Part shown: positions 1 through 13,456 of the stretch, one piece after another
Numbering within the stretch: the stretch's first letter is position 1
How the letters are laid out: every line of letters begins with the position of its first letter
Assembly (NCBI GenBank): GCA_030704615.1
Contig: CM060732.1
Location: 55,924,001-55,988,000, forward strand
Length of the DNA: 64,000 bases
Direction of reading: 5' to 3'
From: Takakia lepidozioides
Taxonomy: Eukaryota; Plantae; Bryophyta
Translations under genes and position numbers: made by a program
The notes under the pieces: model-generated
Seen by the model: only the letters and a program-made list of their open reading frames with translations
Told to the model about the DNA's origin: nothing
The model's database searches: none

Positions 1-1166
1 TACCTTGGGCAGAGCCCACTTGTGTTTAATCAGATCTAGACCATCTTTTTGGGCACACATCATCTTGGCAGCATTTGCGCAAAAGCCCCCCATTCTCTTC
101 AGTTTGACTCATAAACCAACATGTTTCTTAACCCTTAAAAGACGAGGTAATTTTACCACTTTTGGGTCAAAACATTATATACCCTGATGTACCTAGCCAT
201 ATCTTCCCACCCCCATTCATCCACATGGATAAACCATATAAACTCATCCATACTGACAACATGAACCCTCTCGCAGAATCTAGGCAAAATTTATTACAAA
301 AAAGCAATGACATAACTTGGAACCTAGTTAAAACTTGCATCACAAATTTAATTTGACCAAGAAAATTCTGCAAGTAATTGCAAATTTTTCCTTGATGAAT
401 GCACTCCACATTCACAATTAGGGGCACATAGTAAGTATTATCTCAAAATTTCAGAGTGAAAGATCAAAATCTGCTTTGTATGTGAATTTAGGGAGGTAAA
501 ATATCCACATTTTCTCTACTAAGATCGACGCTCCTAAAATGTCCCATGATTTAACTAAGAATCCAATTTCTTGAGGTGAGTCTATGCTTTGCAAATATCT
601 AAACTACACCGCAAAAAGAAAATTTGAATTTATAGCAAAATGCCAAGTTGGATGAATAATTTGTGAATTTCTTGACCATTGGCAAATTAAGTGCGTGGCT
701 AGCGCCCGACCTACCACATGGCGGTCAACTTGCGGGGACATTCCCTTGCTCTACCAAAATCTTGGACCTCCTGACATTTCAAAAATTCTAGCGTGTAAGG
801 ATTTAATTATTTGTACACACCATTTGATGCAGCACGTAGAGGAGAACAGGGCCCGCATTTTTCATTCAGATTACACCTCCATCCGAGTTCATCCATGTAT
901 GATACCACGTGGATGAAAAATGATACGACCCATTTTGGGCAGTCCGGGCACGTTCTAAAAAATGACGATGATGATGTGGCACTAGGGCATCCTAGTCCTG
1001 CTCTATGCTAAAACTAGTCTCCGACCTTCAGTTGTCACTAGAACTAGGGCTGCGCATTGCTCCGCACTACTGGTGACGACTTCTGAGGACAATGTTTATT
1101 TTGATTGGGAATATATTTTATAGCCACCCATCCACCGGTCCGTCGGATAGTCTAGTCTGTTCTTGA

Positions 1167-1370
1167 GAGTCTGCTGGAGGGTCCACTCTGCAGTCTAGTC
1201 CACTTTACAAGTCCACTGGAGGGTCCAATATACATGCAGAGTCTAGTCCAGTACTGGTCTAGTCTACTCTGCAAGTCCGCTGGAGGGTCCACTCTACGTG
1301 CAGAGTGGACTGTGAGTCCACCTGCCCACTCCACTACAGGGTCTGCCCAGTCCGCTGGAAGGTCCGCCCC
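1167..1370. repeat. Degenerate tandem repeat (unit core GAGTC(T/C)GCTGGAGGGTCCACTCT)
   Basis: Core recurs at ~1167, ~1210, ~1274 and ~1348 with substitutions. Confidence 0.6.
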
Positions 1371-1900
1371 CGTAGAAGAACAAGAACTTTGAAAAAATTT
1401 AGAAAGAACCATTATACAAAATATATAATTAAGATCACACATTACCACAGCCCATTACCACCTGAACACCAAACCTCATGCTCATTATGGATTGCTCTTA
1501 ACCACCACACTACCCGCTGCTTTCTACAAACTTTGAAAATAACTTATATGTGCATTCCCAATACATGTTTTATGTGTTTTATGGGCCGCACATACCTGCT
1601 TGCCCGATAGACCCAACAGCAGACTGAGCCGCAGCAGGGCATACACAACCACAGCCTACATGCTATACATAACAACTTCAACACACCCACCACCACTATC
1701 CACCAATGTTTCAAAGCCATCAATTTCACGGCCATTGGATCCTCACCGCCATCATCACCAACAAACGCAAACACGAACACACATGCACTTAGATCCCCCT
1801 AGGCACTCCAGTGTCTACTGTACCCATATGGCCCACCCTTGAAATAGGGCAGTAGCCACAAGACGAAGTGGCTCTTAGTTATGCCGGCTTTGGCTGGAGT

Positions 1901-1927
1901 CTTCTTCTTCTTCTTCTTCTTCTTCTT
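1901..1927. repeat. (CTT)9 microsatellite
   Basis: Read directly; it produces the poly-Lys in spurious ORF 1799..2032. Confidence 0.95.
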
Positions 1928-2056
1928 GCCCCACCGTCTTCCATTCCACATGTTCCATTCCGTGTGTTTCATTCCACAGAAGGCCATGGGGCTTGTGTTC
2001 ACTACTTTCCTACAATTTAATGACGACATCATCCTATCTACTCTTTTAGGTATATA

Positions 2057-2840
2057 ATCAATATATGAAGCAAGCCGGTTTAATGTTTGTTTGTTTTGTC
2101 ACGTTGAGATCTCCCTACAAACCGCAGGCCCCAACCCGGGTGCGAGGTACGTACCATTGGAAAACCCTCGACGAGGAGGGGTACAACGGCTTGGTCTCAT
2201 GATTTTTGGACCTGCGGTGTGGCAGATGTGAAATTTCAAGTACTTTTGGTCATTGGAAATTCGTGAAAATTAGCAAAGTGGGCTTTCCTTGAGCAATGAT
2301 TGGCCCTTCATGTGGAAGATTTGGAATTTCAAGTACTTTTGGTCACTGGAAAAAAATAGCAAAGTGGATATTTCAATATATGAAGCCTCGACAGGGGATT
2401 GGAAAAATATAAGCAAAGTGGGCTTTCATTGGACAATGACTGGATAAAAAACTACTCAATCAATATATGAAGCGACATGTTTGTTGTGTTTTGTTTTGTT
2501 TGTTTTGTCACATTGAGATGTCCCCAACTATGGGGCCCAGCCCTGGTGTTTGGTATCATTGGAAAGCCCTCGATGAGAAGGGGTGCACCAGCTTGGTCTC
2601 ATAATTTTTGGACCTATGGTGTGTGGAGCTGTCGAATTTACTTTTGATCACTGAAAATTCGTGAAAAATAGCACAGTGGGCTGGAGCAATGATTGGCCCT
2701 TCATGTGGGAGATTTGGAATTTCAAGTATTTTTGGACGCTGGAAACTCACAAAAAATAACAAAGTGGATATATCAATATATGAAGCCTCGACCTGAGGGG
2801 AGATTGCAAAAATAGCAAAGTGGCTGGCAATGACATGGAA
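2057..2840 (+). repeat. Tandem copies of a dispersed non-coding repeat (possibly a non-autonomous Helitron head)
   Basis: Units begin (A)TCAATATATGAAGC and share GTTGAGAT..TTGGAAAGCCCTCG..GCTTGGTCTC..GCAATGATTGGCCCTTC (~2057, ~2459). Another copy lies at 8616-9040. The Helitron assignment is an inference from the TC start only. Confidence 0.55.
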
Positions 2841-4439
2841 ATATCCCAAACTGTAGGTCTTCAGATACATAGGGGATTGCACTTGGACTTAGATGATAGT
2901 GGACACTGGAGGTCACACTTGGGCCTCTACAGGGGAGAAGCACTTCAATACATAGGAGATTGCACTTGGGCTTAGATTTCAATTCTTCACATATGGGCCA
3001 GTGGCATAGGCCACCCTAGATCTCCCAAAACTGTAGGGTCTCTGGATACATAGGGGATTGCACTTGGACTTTAGATGACACTTGGGACACTTGGGCCAGC
3101 GGCACCGGCTATCCTAGGAGTCGCACTTGGGCCTCGACACCTAAAACAAGCACATTACTTCATAAAATAGTGAATGCCCTAAGGCACATTAATACATGGG
3201 TTAGTTTAATATTATAAGTCCATGGCAGTCTTTTACAACCTGGGACCAGATTTCATCCATGATGCTTAATTCCATTCATCAATCATTTGTGACCAACGGT
3301 CTTGATCATTCATCCTACGCCTTGGGACGCACCACGTGTTTGAAACTAATGTAAATTGTCACATAGTCCATGGATTTACATCCATCCACAATTAATGTGG
3401 GATCCGTTGGAGATTCATTTACAAAGCTGATCTCATAGTATCCACATTCATCCATAAATGGAACACATAAAGAACATCAATCACTACAACAGATCCCGGC
3501 TTTTACGTCTGCTATTTTCCAGTCGTATCAGCCTTTTATGACTGCATGACTACCTAGTCAGATAAACCCAGTCAGTTGTGACAAATGAGTCGTAAGTGTC
3601 ATAGAGTCGTATCTGCCAGTCGTGGAGCTCACTGTTGATGTGGCAACGGGGACATCTAATCATAGTCATTGATAAGACCATAGTAAATGACTGCGAATCC
3701 ATGTCAGCTTCACGTGGAACGGAAGGGATATGCCACGTGTCACGTCAAAGGGAATGCAACAGGGTCTTTACGACTGGCATATACGACTTCCGCAGATTAA
3801 CCCTAGGACAACACGTGGAGAAGACTGGACATGATACGTGGAGTCAAATTATGCAGGATGGGGATGGTCGTTATGACTGGAACATATTACTTCCATGGCG
3901 CACTCTAGATACTGTACGTGGCACGAGTATGGGCGAACACAAGGGATGAAAGTGGCATGTGGCGGAGGCTCTGTGGATGGGAGGTAGTCGTGTACATGAC
4001 CGTAGTCATGGGTCTAACTCTAGCAGCATTGACATATGAAAACACACGAAAACACCATTGAAACATGAAAGCACATTTGAAATTGGAACATCGATTCAAA
4101 TACAACGTGACTTAATGTTCAAAGATCTGTTCTATAATCTAATCCGGTGCTACTACAAAAATGCACAAAGCTGCAAAGTCTATGTAGACTTCCAAATGCT
4201 TGAGCAGAAGATGCATACACTGGCATCTCTCGAACTTCAGTAATCCACTACCTTCATTAGCAGTGCCTGATTTTATCAATTGTGCCGCTGCTACTGCGGC
4301 TTCCCAGTTGACCATCTACCCATGCTGGTTTCTTGTAGCTATCCTTCCACAGTGAATCATAGGTAATCTGGAGCTTGAGAATCCGGCCCTCTTGGATGAA
4401 TCTGCACCCACACTGTATCCCTGCTCCTTCAGCTATCCA

Positions 4440-5430
4440 TGCCCACAAGGGTATTGTTCAGAATCACATCTGGTACAATTCCAACTTTGGTGATGCAACC
4501 ATGTACCTCTTTGCATGTGCTTTCCAGGGCTGCCAGGCTTGTACACGCACACAAACATGATGTGGTCAAGCTTCATCCATTCCCCCATCATTTCCTTTCA
4601 GGTCTCTAAAGCCTTATCCCGCGCTCCTGCTCTGCATGCCCTCACCACAAGGGCATATTTCAGAACGACATCAATTCAATTCTAGCTTGGACAATGTCAC
4701 CACAAACCCGTCTTCACTCATTGCCTACTCTAGTTAAGTGCAATTATGGGCTAGGCTGATACCACATCTCATTCAGCCATATTATCAAACTGCATGCATT
4801 TGTATCCTTGTAGTTGTACCCAAACTTGGCATACATGTCCACTATGGCAATGTTGAGAATCACATCAGATACAATACCAGCTTTGAGGATATTACCGTGG
4901 ACCTCTGCACCTTTTTTCAGGGCTGCCAGGCTTGCATTTGACATACATATCCACCAAGGCAGTGTTTAGAGACATCTAATGGTACAATTCCAACTTTGAC
5001 AATGTCACCATGGACCTTTACGTCCTTTCCAGGGCTACCACGCTCGCATTTGACATACATGTACACCAATGAATGTTCAGAAGGACATCAGGTACAATTC
5101 CAGCTTTGATGATGTCACCATGAACCTCTTGGCCCCTTCCTAGGGCTTCTAGGCTCGCATATGCATATTACAAACACAAATGCACATGACCTCGTCTGGC
5201 TTCATTCTTTCCCACATCATTTGCTCTTAGGTTTCCAAAGCCTTAATCCCACACCCATGCTGCACATACCTTGCAATCATGGCACTCCACAACACCACAT
5301 CTCATTTAGCCATTTGTCAAACTCTCCCTTCGCATCAGGCTTGCTGCACCCACATTTGACATACATGTCCACCAGGGCAGTGTTCAGAATGACAACTAGT
5401 ACAATTTCAGCTTTGACGATGGCACATGGC
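4440..5430 (-). pseudogene. Degenerate PLS-class PPR fragments inside the Pack-CACTA
   Basis: Translations ASLAALKKGAEVHGNILKAGIVSDVILNIAIVDMYAKFG and LNTALVDMYVKCG..DAKGEFDK are L/S PPR motifs. Several tandem ~120-bp copies are broken by stops and frameshifts. Confidence 0.8.
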
Positions 5431-6262
5431 CAAGAGTTATCCCAATATCCAGCTACCAATAAGTTCAATGCATATCCTTGTCACATTGGCAGTATCATGT
5501 CAAAGTCACTCCAAACTAGATTCACTCAACAGCTATCTTGCAGAATTCAACATGAAAATTTAGGGCCAATGCTGATAAGAGGGGAAAACAGGGTGAAATG
5601 TGTTGAAGAAGGTACCTTCATTAGCATTGCCTGATTTTCAATTGTGCCATTGCTGCTGCGGCTTCCAGTTGACCATCTACCCATGCAGGGGTCATGTATC
5701 TATCCTTCCACAGGGAATCATAGGTAATGTGGAGCTTGAAATCCGGCCCTCTTGGATGAATCTGGACTCACACTCTATCCCTGCTCCTTCAGCTATCTAT
5801 GCCTCTGCACAAAATCATGCATACATCTTTGCCTTCCTGCTAGCAGCTGACAATGACAGCCTAGAATTGTTCCAGCAAACACCCCCAACCCTAATTATCA
5901 ACGAGCAACGTTTGAGCTAACTTACAGAATTCAATATGCATCTCAGGGCCAAGTCTGGTGAGAGGGCAAAATAGGTTGAAATAGGTCGAAGAACTAGGTG
6001 CCCTCACCACATTGTCCTTGACCTTGTGTCATGACCCAACTGAAGTGAATCACACAGCAAATCCCTGTAATGACATTGCCAAAGGAAGGAAAGTTATACG
6101 GGCCCAGGTTTCTGTGCAAGGAAGATTGTTACCGTGCGAAGCCCAACCACTTCAACTTCCTCGCCAACCTTAATTATCCCCTGTCCACACGCCCTGTGAC
6201 CACTATTCCACGCCCCTGTACATTCATATACCCACATGTAGACCAGCATCATCAGCATAACT

Positions 6263-6294
<32 letters not shown>

Positions 6295-7355
6295 GGGCTA
6301 TAAAATTAAAATCAATAACCCTACAACCGGGCTGTCGAGTTTGCAAGCGAAAAAGTGCCTATGTGAGTGCCTTAACGACAATTGCGGGAAAATAAGTTTA
6401 TACCAGCAGCTGAGTTGCAACAATAAGCTAATCTCGGGTGAGTGCGAACCCCAAAAATGAGTCAGGGAGGGTTAGTCCCAGGGGATTAATGGCGGTACAG
6501 CGATGGAATGCCAACTTTCACAGGGAATGGGAGTACATCCTCTCTCTATGTTTATGTCCAAACTGGCTACGGGGTCTATGGCCACAAGGCTGCGACAACA
6601 CAGACTTCTACCCACATACCATGGCTCATTGACTAATAGCGAGCTCCGAGCCATGGCTGGGAAACACCTATCGCTAAAATAGATGAAAAGAAGAGCATAT
6701 CTTCATCTGGAACCGTCCATAAAACTGAAGATTAAAAGAAGAGAAACCCTTCACCTAGAAACTGAACCAAGTGTTCCAGAATGAACTAAGGGTTGCCGCT
6801 CTTGAGAAACTGCGAGCCTAGCCTAGAATAGACAAATGCAGGATGGACAAACTTCTTCATATCGTACATCAAGAAAAAGCCACACCTTGCGATTGCGGTT
6901 GTCGCACCATCATGAAGGATCTTTAAAAAACTCATGCCAGCTCTGCTCCGTGCTGCGAATTCAGGGCCGAGTCTGATGAGAGGGCAAAATAGGCTGAAAT
7001 AGGTCGAAGAAGAAGGTGCCCTCACCACATTGTCCTCCACCTTGTGTCATGACCCATGGAGGATTCGACTGACCATGAACCCAAACGGACCTCTTGTGTG
7101 TGCTGCTTGTGTCTGTAGTCCGGTAATGTCGGATTGGTCCATGAGAACCACCACAGTGCAGCTGAGTGAGCAGAGATTGAAACACGACCTGCTAAGACCA
7201 AGCTGACTCTCCGAAGAACCTTGTAAACAGCAGGAAGAATACCAAATCATGGTACTAACAGTCGCGAAGAGCCCAGATTTGCAGGATGGACAAACTTCTT
7301 CACATCGTACATTGAGAAAAAGCCACACCTTCCGATTGCGGTTGTCCATCGTGAA

Positions 7356-7450
7356 GGTGGCTAGTCGCTTCCCATAGTAGTCAATGGCCACATCGTGCAC
7401 CACATCTTCATGCCCCGATTCTAGGGTTTTAGTCCCTGTCTGCCCCCCAT
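7356..7450 (-). pseudogene. SEC13: N-terminal fragment of SEC13 (WD40, COPII/nucleoporin) inside the Pack-CACTA
   Basis: KTLESGHEDVVHDVAIDYYGKRLAT matches the conserved SEC13 N-terminus (GHED.VHD...DYYGKRLAT); similarity stops abruptly after it. Confidence 0.8.
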
Positions 7451-8615
7451 CCCACCAACTCCACTCGTCGTCTCTCATGATCAGACTCGATCCTAAAACA
7501 AAACAAACATAGCTCCGCCCTATTCGACGTCTCTCATGATCAGACTCGACACTATAAGAAAGCAAACACAGCTCCGTCCTGTTTGTCGTCTCTAACAATC
7601 AAACTCGACACAAAGAAAACAAACAGATGGCAGGGGAGACAAAAAAACGCTAAGTCCCCTCTACTCATGACTGGATGGATGAATGTAGCGATAGATGGAT
7701 GGATTTTGGGTTTTCCATCAATACATCCATCCATTCATTTGTTTTTCCATTTTTTGGCCATTTTAATTTCATCCATTCATCCAAAATAAATCTTTAAATG
7801 AGTTTCACTGTCAGTTCATCCAATAGCTGCCAGCTCAGTGTTTGCATTATCATTTGTTCCTACGTTCATCCAATAGTTGCCAGCAAGGCGTTTGTTGTAT
7901 CATTCGTTCATACATTCATCCAGTGCACAAAAGTTATGTTTGATACGTTCATCCAATAGTTGCCAGCAAGGCGTTTGTGTATCATTCGTTGAGATAATAC
8001 AGTTGTTTTGTTTCACTAATCTTAACCAGCAGTCGATTAGTTTTACTATTAATCTGCTGGGTCAGTGAAACAATAGTTAAATATTTTTATTACTTATTAT
8101 CCTCATACTTAACACTGCGACCTAGCAACCCTAAATTCGAGCACATTCATCCTAATTCATCCTAGTTCACTCATCCTAATTCATCCTAATCATTCATTCA
8201 TTTCTTCATTCAGAGGGTGTGGCTTAGTGCCCGCGAGCAATGATATGTTGACACCTCATCATTTGCAATCACATCCTGCATCTGTTTCATCCATTTATGT
8301 TTGTATCGTCCACGTAGACACTCCTTGGGCAACCGACAATCGCCGCGTGCAGTCGTGACTACTGGCAGTCATACATTCTCATGCCCACGTCATCCTATTG
8401 CAGTTTTGGCCATGACTCCTAGTCGTATCTACCATCTTCCCCTATCTGGCCAAACGTGTTTGACCGCAGATCCTGACGTGGCGGAGGTACAAGGTGGCAT
8501 ATACGACTACTGGTGGTCACAATGGGCAACCAGGACTGCCCCCTTGCATTTTGTAGACATATATGCTACGACTGGGCAAATGTGGCAGACGTTAAAGCCG
8601 GGATCTGTTATAGTG

Positions 8616-9040
8616 AATATATGAAGCGAGGCGTTTATTTTGTTATGTTATGTTATGTTATGTTTTGTAGCGTTGTTGAGATCTCCCGAACCGCGAGGCC
8701 TCAACGCGGGTGCTTGGTGCTGTTGGAAAGCCCTCGGGGAGGAGGGGTGCACCGGCTTGGTCTCGTGATTTTTGGATCAGCAGTGTGGGAGATGTGGAAT
8801 TTCAAGTGCTCTGGGTCGCTAGAAATTCGGAAAAATAGCAAAGTGGGCTTTCCTGGAGCAATGATTGGCCCTTCTAGTAATTTCAAGTACTTTTGGTCTC
8901 TGGAAATTCGCAAAAAAATAGAAAAATGGGCATTCATGGACAATGGTTGGAGCCTCGACATGAGAGATATCAAGGGAAAGGTCTCCGGTTCAAATCTGGT
9001 CGTAGGCTGTGTGGAAAAAAAATGCATTTGGACTTAGATG
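8616..9040 (+). repeat. Copy of the 2057-2840 repeat family, interrupted at its head by the CACTA insertion
   Basis: Joining 3476-3481 (ATCAAT) to 8619 onward (ATATGAAGCG) restores the family head ATCAATATATGAAGC. Confidence 0.65.
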
Positions 9041-10306
9041 ACATTGGATATATTACTACTCAATAGATTCATGAAATTCGTATGTTTATGGATGAGCAGA
9101 ACTGGAGAAAAGGAAACGGAATGGATGGACATTCCTCCATGATACCAGTACCTCCCTGGTATCACAATTGGCCGGAGGCCTATATACCAGTACCAGCCTG
9201 GTGTGTTCAAAATACGATACTAGTCCAACGCTGGTGTGCACCTTATGTATAGGGTAATGCCCTGAGTGGAGGGCGTTCCCGGATTTAAGGGCCTGACGCC
9301 GAGGGCGGCAGCTTGAGGGGAAGGCCTGAAAATCCGGGAATGCCCGCCACTCAGGGCATTAACATGCGTAAAGAAATGCCAATTTTTTTTAAAAAAATCT
9401 AATGGCCGGTGCATTCTGCATTTCGGAATGCATTCAAGGGAGCCGATGGGGTGCATTCCCCGATGAATTCTGCTTTTTAACGACATGATATATACAAACA
9501 AATTTTTTTGGCAGTGCTTTACGGTGTACCCAAGGATTTTCATTGTTTTCCCTCTAATAATCTCAAATGAACCCTCATTTTAATAACAAATGCATGCAAT
9601 ACATGCAAGCCCTCCCTATGTTGTGGATGGAGCTTGTCTCATGCCTCAAAAACCGCCTAAAAATTCCCTTTGTTAAAATCGTTACCTCTCATTGAACAAT
9701 ATTAGCGTCTTGAATGCTCGCGCATGTGGCTGCGGCGGGGCCTGCGTCTGGTAGAGGGGTCGCGGTAGGTGGGTGCGTCCGTACCGGACCCGGCCAACTA
9801 GTCAGCTGGGTCCACAATATGCACATATAGCATTAGATATTTCAAGGATTGTAGAATGTGTGGGTAATGTGGTGGTTAAGAGTGATGAAGAATAAACATG
9901 AGGCTTGGTGATCAAATCTTGTTAGGTTGTATTGTGGTAGTAATATGTGTGTTATTAAATATATATTTTGTCGAAGGGTATGCTGGAGGGTGTGGCTAGT
10001 CTGGAGGGTCTCCGGTCCTCTCAAAGGTGGGAGTCGGTGTGTTGGAGGGTGTGCCAAGTCCGTTGTGTAGATGAACAAGGACTTAGAAAAATTTCAGAAT
10101 CTGGCGGACCCGGTGAAGGGCCTGTGGGCTTATGAGCTCACCCATGGGCCGTATTGGCGGGGCCATAGATGCATTGAAGACGCTAATATTAAAAAATGAG
10201 AGGCTACCTTATGCTCGGCGTAAGACCCTTAGGGCCCTTACAAAATTCCTAAGGTGACGGTTTTGGGGGGGGCATGAAGGGACACGTTGGTTGGTTTTTT
10301 AATGCC

Positions 10307-10402
10307 GGGGAAGGGCAGCTAATGAGGCCCTTCCATTGTTTTTGAACGTTATCGGCAGCCCGTTCAAAAACGGTGGAAGAGCCTCCTCAGCTGCCCTTCC
10401 CC
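10307..10402. repeat. Long imperfect inverted repeat (42-bp arms, 12-nt loop)
   Basis: GGGGAAGGGCAGCTAATGAGGCCCTTCCATTGTTTTTGAACG pairs with CGTTCAAAAACGGTGGAAGAGCCTCCTCAGCTGCCCTTCCCC with about 5 mismatches. Confidence 0.85.
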
Positions 10403-11303
10403 TACACAAAATGTAACACCTGAAAACCCATTACGGCATCAATATAAGAATACCTGACAGAACCCCAAATTTCCGTGCACTAATCCAAGTCGCACTTTCG
10501 TATACAAAGTCTCATGCGGGATGAAACCCTACACTTGTACCGTTGCTCAGTGTGTCTCTTTGCATAGTCTCACCTGTCAAACATGCACCAACTAACTTAC
10601 TGTATGAACTACATCCTGTTTACATGTTTCATCTATAAATACGTATGGAATATTCTATCTACTCACTGTCTTGAATTAATTGATTTTTTTTTGAAAGGGG
10701 AAGATTTTGCCAATTTTACTGCAGTCCAGAAACCTAAAAAAATAAAAAATAAAAATAAAAATAATAAAAAATGAAACCCTTATAACAATGGAAATACTAC
10801 CGAAAAAAAAATCAAAAAATACTACCGAATAAAAATACTACTACCGAGGAAGTTGCTGGGGCTGCCCTCAGAATTTCACTGGAAAAAAAAATACAAAGAA
10901 AAAACTTAGAGGGGGCAGTGAGTTGGCATATTTGAGGGATAAAGTAGCAGTAAAGACAGAGTAGCGAGAGCGATGGTGAAGGGGATCGGAGCTGGATTCT
11001 GAGAACGCGCTTTCACCATTCATCACACAATTGCTCGCACTCTGCACTCTGCACATCTCTGATCTGCCATCTCTACAATATCTGAAAACGCTTGCTGGGT
11101 ACTCCATTGCACATGATATTTCTTGTCTTTTTTTGCAGCAGAACATATTTGGAGCTGTGCTTGTGAGACGGGACAAAGCTCGAGTGTTCATTTCACATCA
11201 GGCCATCTCAGACATTTTTCAGTGTGAGGAGGAGATCACAGTGAAGTGGGTTTGCGAAGCAGGCCATAGGTGCATTTCTGGAATCTGCATTCAGTGAAGG
11301 AGA

Positions 11304-13456
11304 ATGTCGGAGGGCACCACAGTGTTTGGTCCGACCTTGGAGACAATGAGGTTTGTGAAGTCTCCAGAGGGGGAGCTGCTCGCGAAGCCGTTTCTTAACG
11401 TATGCCGCAATGTGCTGCCCGTCCTTGGTATGCCCCCATCTCTTTGGCGATCCGTCTGTGCTTTTCATTACTCATTGGCAGGAAGGAATGATGTCAATGC
11501 GGCCACAATTAATGAGGGAAACCTGTTGTTGCAGACAAGTTTGGAGCCGCTATGTCAATTGTGAAGAGTGATATCGGGGGCAATATCACGGTACTCTTCT
11601 CCTAAATTACCTTGTTGATGTTGGATTCACTTTTAAGACGTTTGGAAGGGCTGGCTCGATTCGGAACATGCGTAGGATGCACGTAGTCCTTGCAAATCGA
11701 TCTCTCTCCCAGCTTCACATGCAAGGCATGAAGATCTAACGCCAGACTCTGGCAGAGACTGGACGCCAAGTACGCGACGGATCCAGCGGCCTACGACTTG
11801 TTGTACGACATTGTGCGCAAAGAAGTTGCAGCGAAGACAGCCAAGGACTCGGCAAGCTGTAGCAATGGTCTGCTATGGCTGACTAGGTGCAGAGCCCTCA
11901 TAACCTCTGTTGTCATTGCACGTTCATGAACTATCGCTGGTAGTGTGTGGAATGCCTATATGATTCGCGTCTTTCTGCATTGTGCTGAATCGGGAGTTGT
12001 GAAAGCATCAAGCAGTAGTAGATGCCACTTAGCCCTTTGGAGGGTGATAGGTCTGGCCCTTGGTTGGTGAATCTTTCCACAGGAGGCCGTCATGCTAGGT
12101 CTGGGAGAGCTCAGGGGTAGTAGTAAGGAATGGCTTCTGATGCTGTGATGGAGGTCAGATCGTCATTGGCCGACCGGCTACTGTTGTGGCGGCTTATCCA
12201 TTCTCAGAAGTCTGATAGAGGTGGGCACTTGGTTTTCTGTGGACGTTTTAGCCAGTGGGGGGGAACTAGGCGCAGGTGGGAGTGATTGGGGTACAAGTCG
12301 TGCTTGTAAGCTGATCAGGTGCTAACATAACATTTGCTTCAGTTCGCCATTTGAACAGCAGGAAGAAATTGCTTGGAATTTGTTGCTTTACATTGACCAA
12401 ACGGTACTCTGTAATTCAGGGCCATGGATCTCTTGGTGTTGCTATTTCGCAATCTAATCGCGCATTCAGATTGGACCATGACCCAATGTGCCATTGAAGC
12501 CTACAATGCTACACTGAAAAAATATCATGGCTGGATCGCAAGCACTGCCTTTACAGTAAGAGCAGTTTCATGATGACACTCAGTAGGAGTTTATTCATTT
12601 CAACCTTGATGACAGATGGTCAAGATCATCGCAATTATGATCTACACATGTGCCTGTTTTTCTTGTGAGATTTAGTAGATTGGAAGTGCAAGCTTTCCTT
12701 ACCAAGTTGTGACTAGGCCAATGGGAAGAGTGAAAATCATTATACTTTGCAGGTGGCTATGAAGCTTGTACCAGACAGGAACAAGTTTTTGGAGCAGTTG
12801 GGTTCAGGGAACTTAACAGAAGATGTGGAGAACTTTGTGGCTGGCTTCTCACCTATACTGCAAGAAAATCATACGTTCTTGGTGAGTCTGGAGTTTGATT
12901 CATCTGTAGTTCAAGCAAAGGTTGTTTTTGCATCATATTTGGAATAAACTTTTGTCATTACTTTCTTAGACACATTGGAAGCTGCACTTTGATTAGACAG
13001 GTTCATGCACTCAGTGTCTACTAGTGTTCTTCGGTTATAATTTAAGGTGCTTAGCCAGAAGTAAGCCAAGAAAAATCTGTAGTTTTCTGCCTTCTCCGCC
13101 TCCCCCTGCCTCAGACGTAGTGAAGAGACATCATAAATAAATGTTGTACCATGATCATAACTTGTGTCTGGAGCAGCCAATAGGGGTCACTACCATCATC
13201 ATGATGGAGCAACCCACTTTTCAATGGAATTTCTGGTTGAAGGGATACACACCACAGGTTCAAAGAATTACCACAGCTGCCACTGTAAGAGTCCCAGCGG
13301 AAAATAAGTTAAATCTTTTAGTGATTAGATCTCCCTGCTCTTACATTACTTGCAAGTATTTCTGCACATCACATGTTTGAGTTTGATTCATCTGGTTTGG
13401 ATGTCTGATGAATGCCACAGAAAAGCGTTGGCCTGGATGACATGAAGGCATCGTGA
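11304..13456 (+). CDS. GLTP: Glycolipid transfer protein, 6 exons, 203 aa
   Basis: GT-AG exons 11304-11427, 11535-11590, 11756-11886, 12420-12555, 12753-12881, 13421-13456 join in frame. Motifs: DKFGAAMSIVKSDIGGNI, SCSNGLLWLTRAMD, AYNATLKKYHGWIAS, VGLDDMKAS*. Confidence 0.93.

Larger units (their letters stand above)
3482..8615. mobile_element. Non-autonomous CACTA (En/Spm) element carrying host gene fragments (Pack-CACTA)
   Basis: Left TIR CACTACAACAGATCCCGGCTTTTACGTCTGC at 3482. Right end GCAGACGTTAAAGCCGGGATCTGTTATAGTG at 8615. 3-bp TSD AAT (3479-3481 and 8616-8618). Subterminal AGTCGT/ACGACT repeats; no transposase ORF. Confidence 0.9.

Noticed and set aside
7047-7598. 183-aa ORF as a functional SEC13 gene
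   Set aside because: Only ~30 aa resemble SEC13; the rest is mosaic Pack-CACTA cargo.
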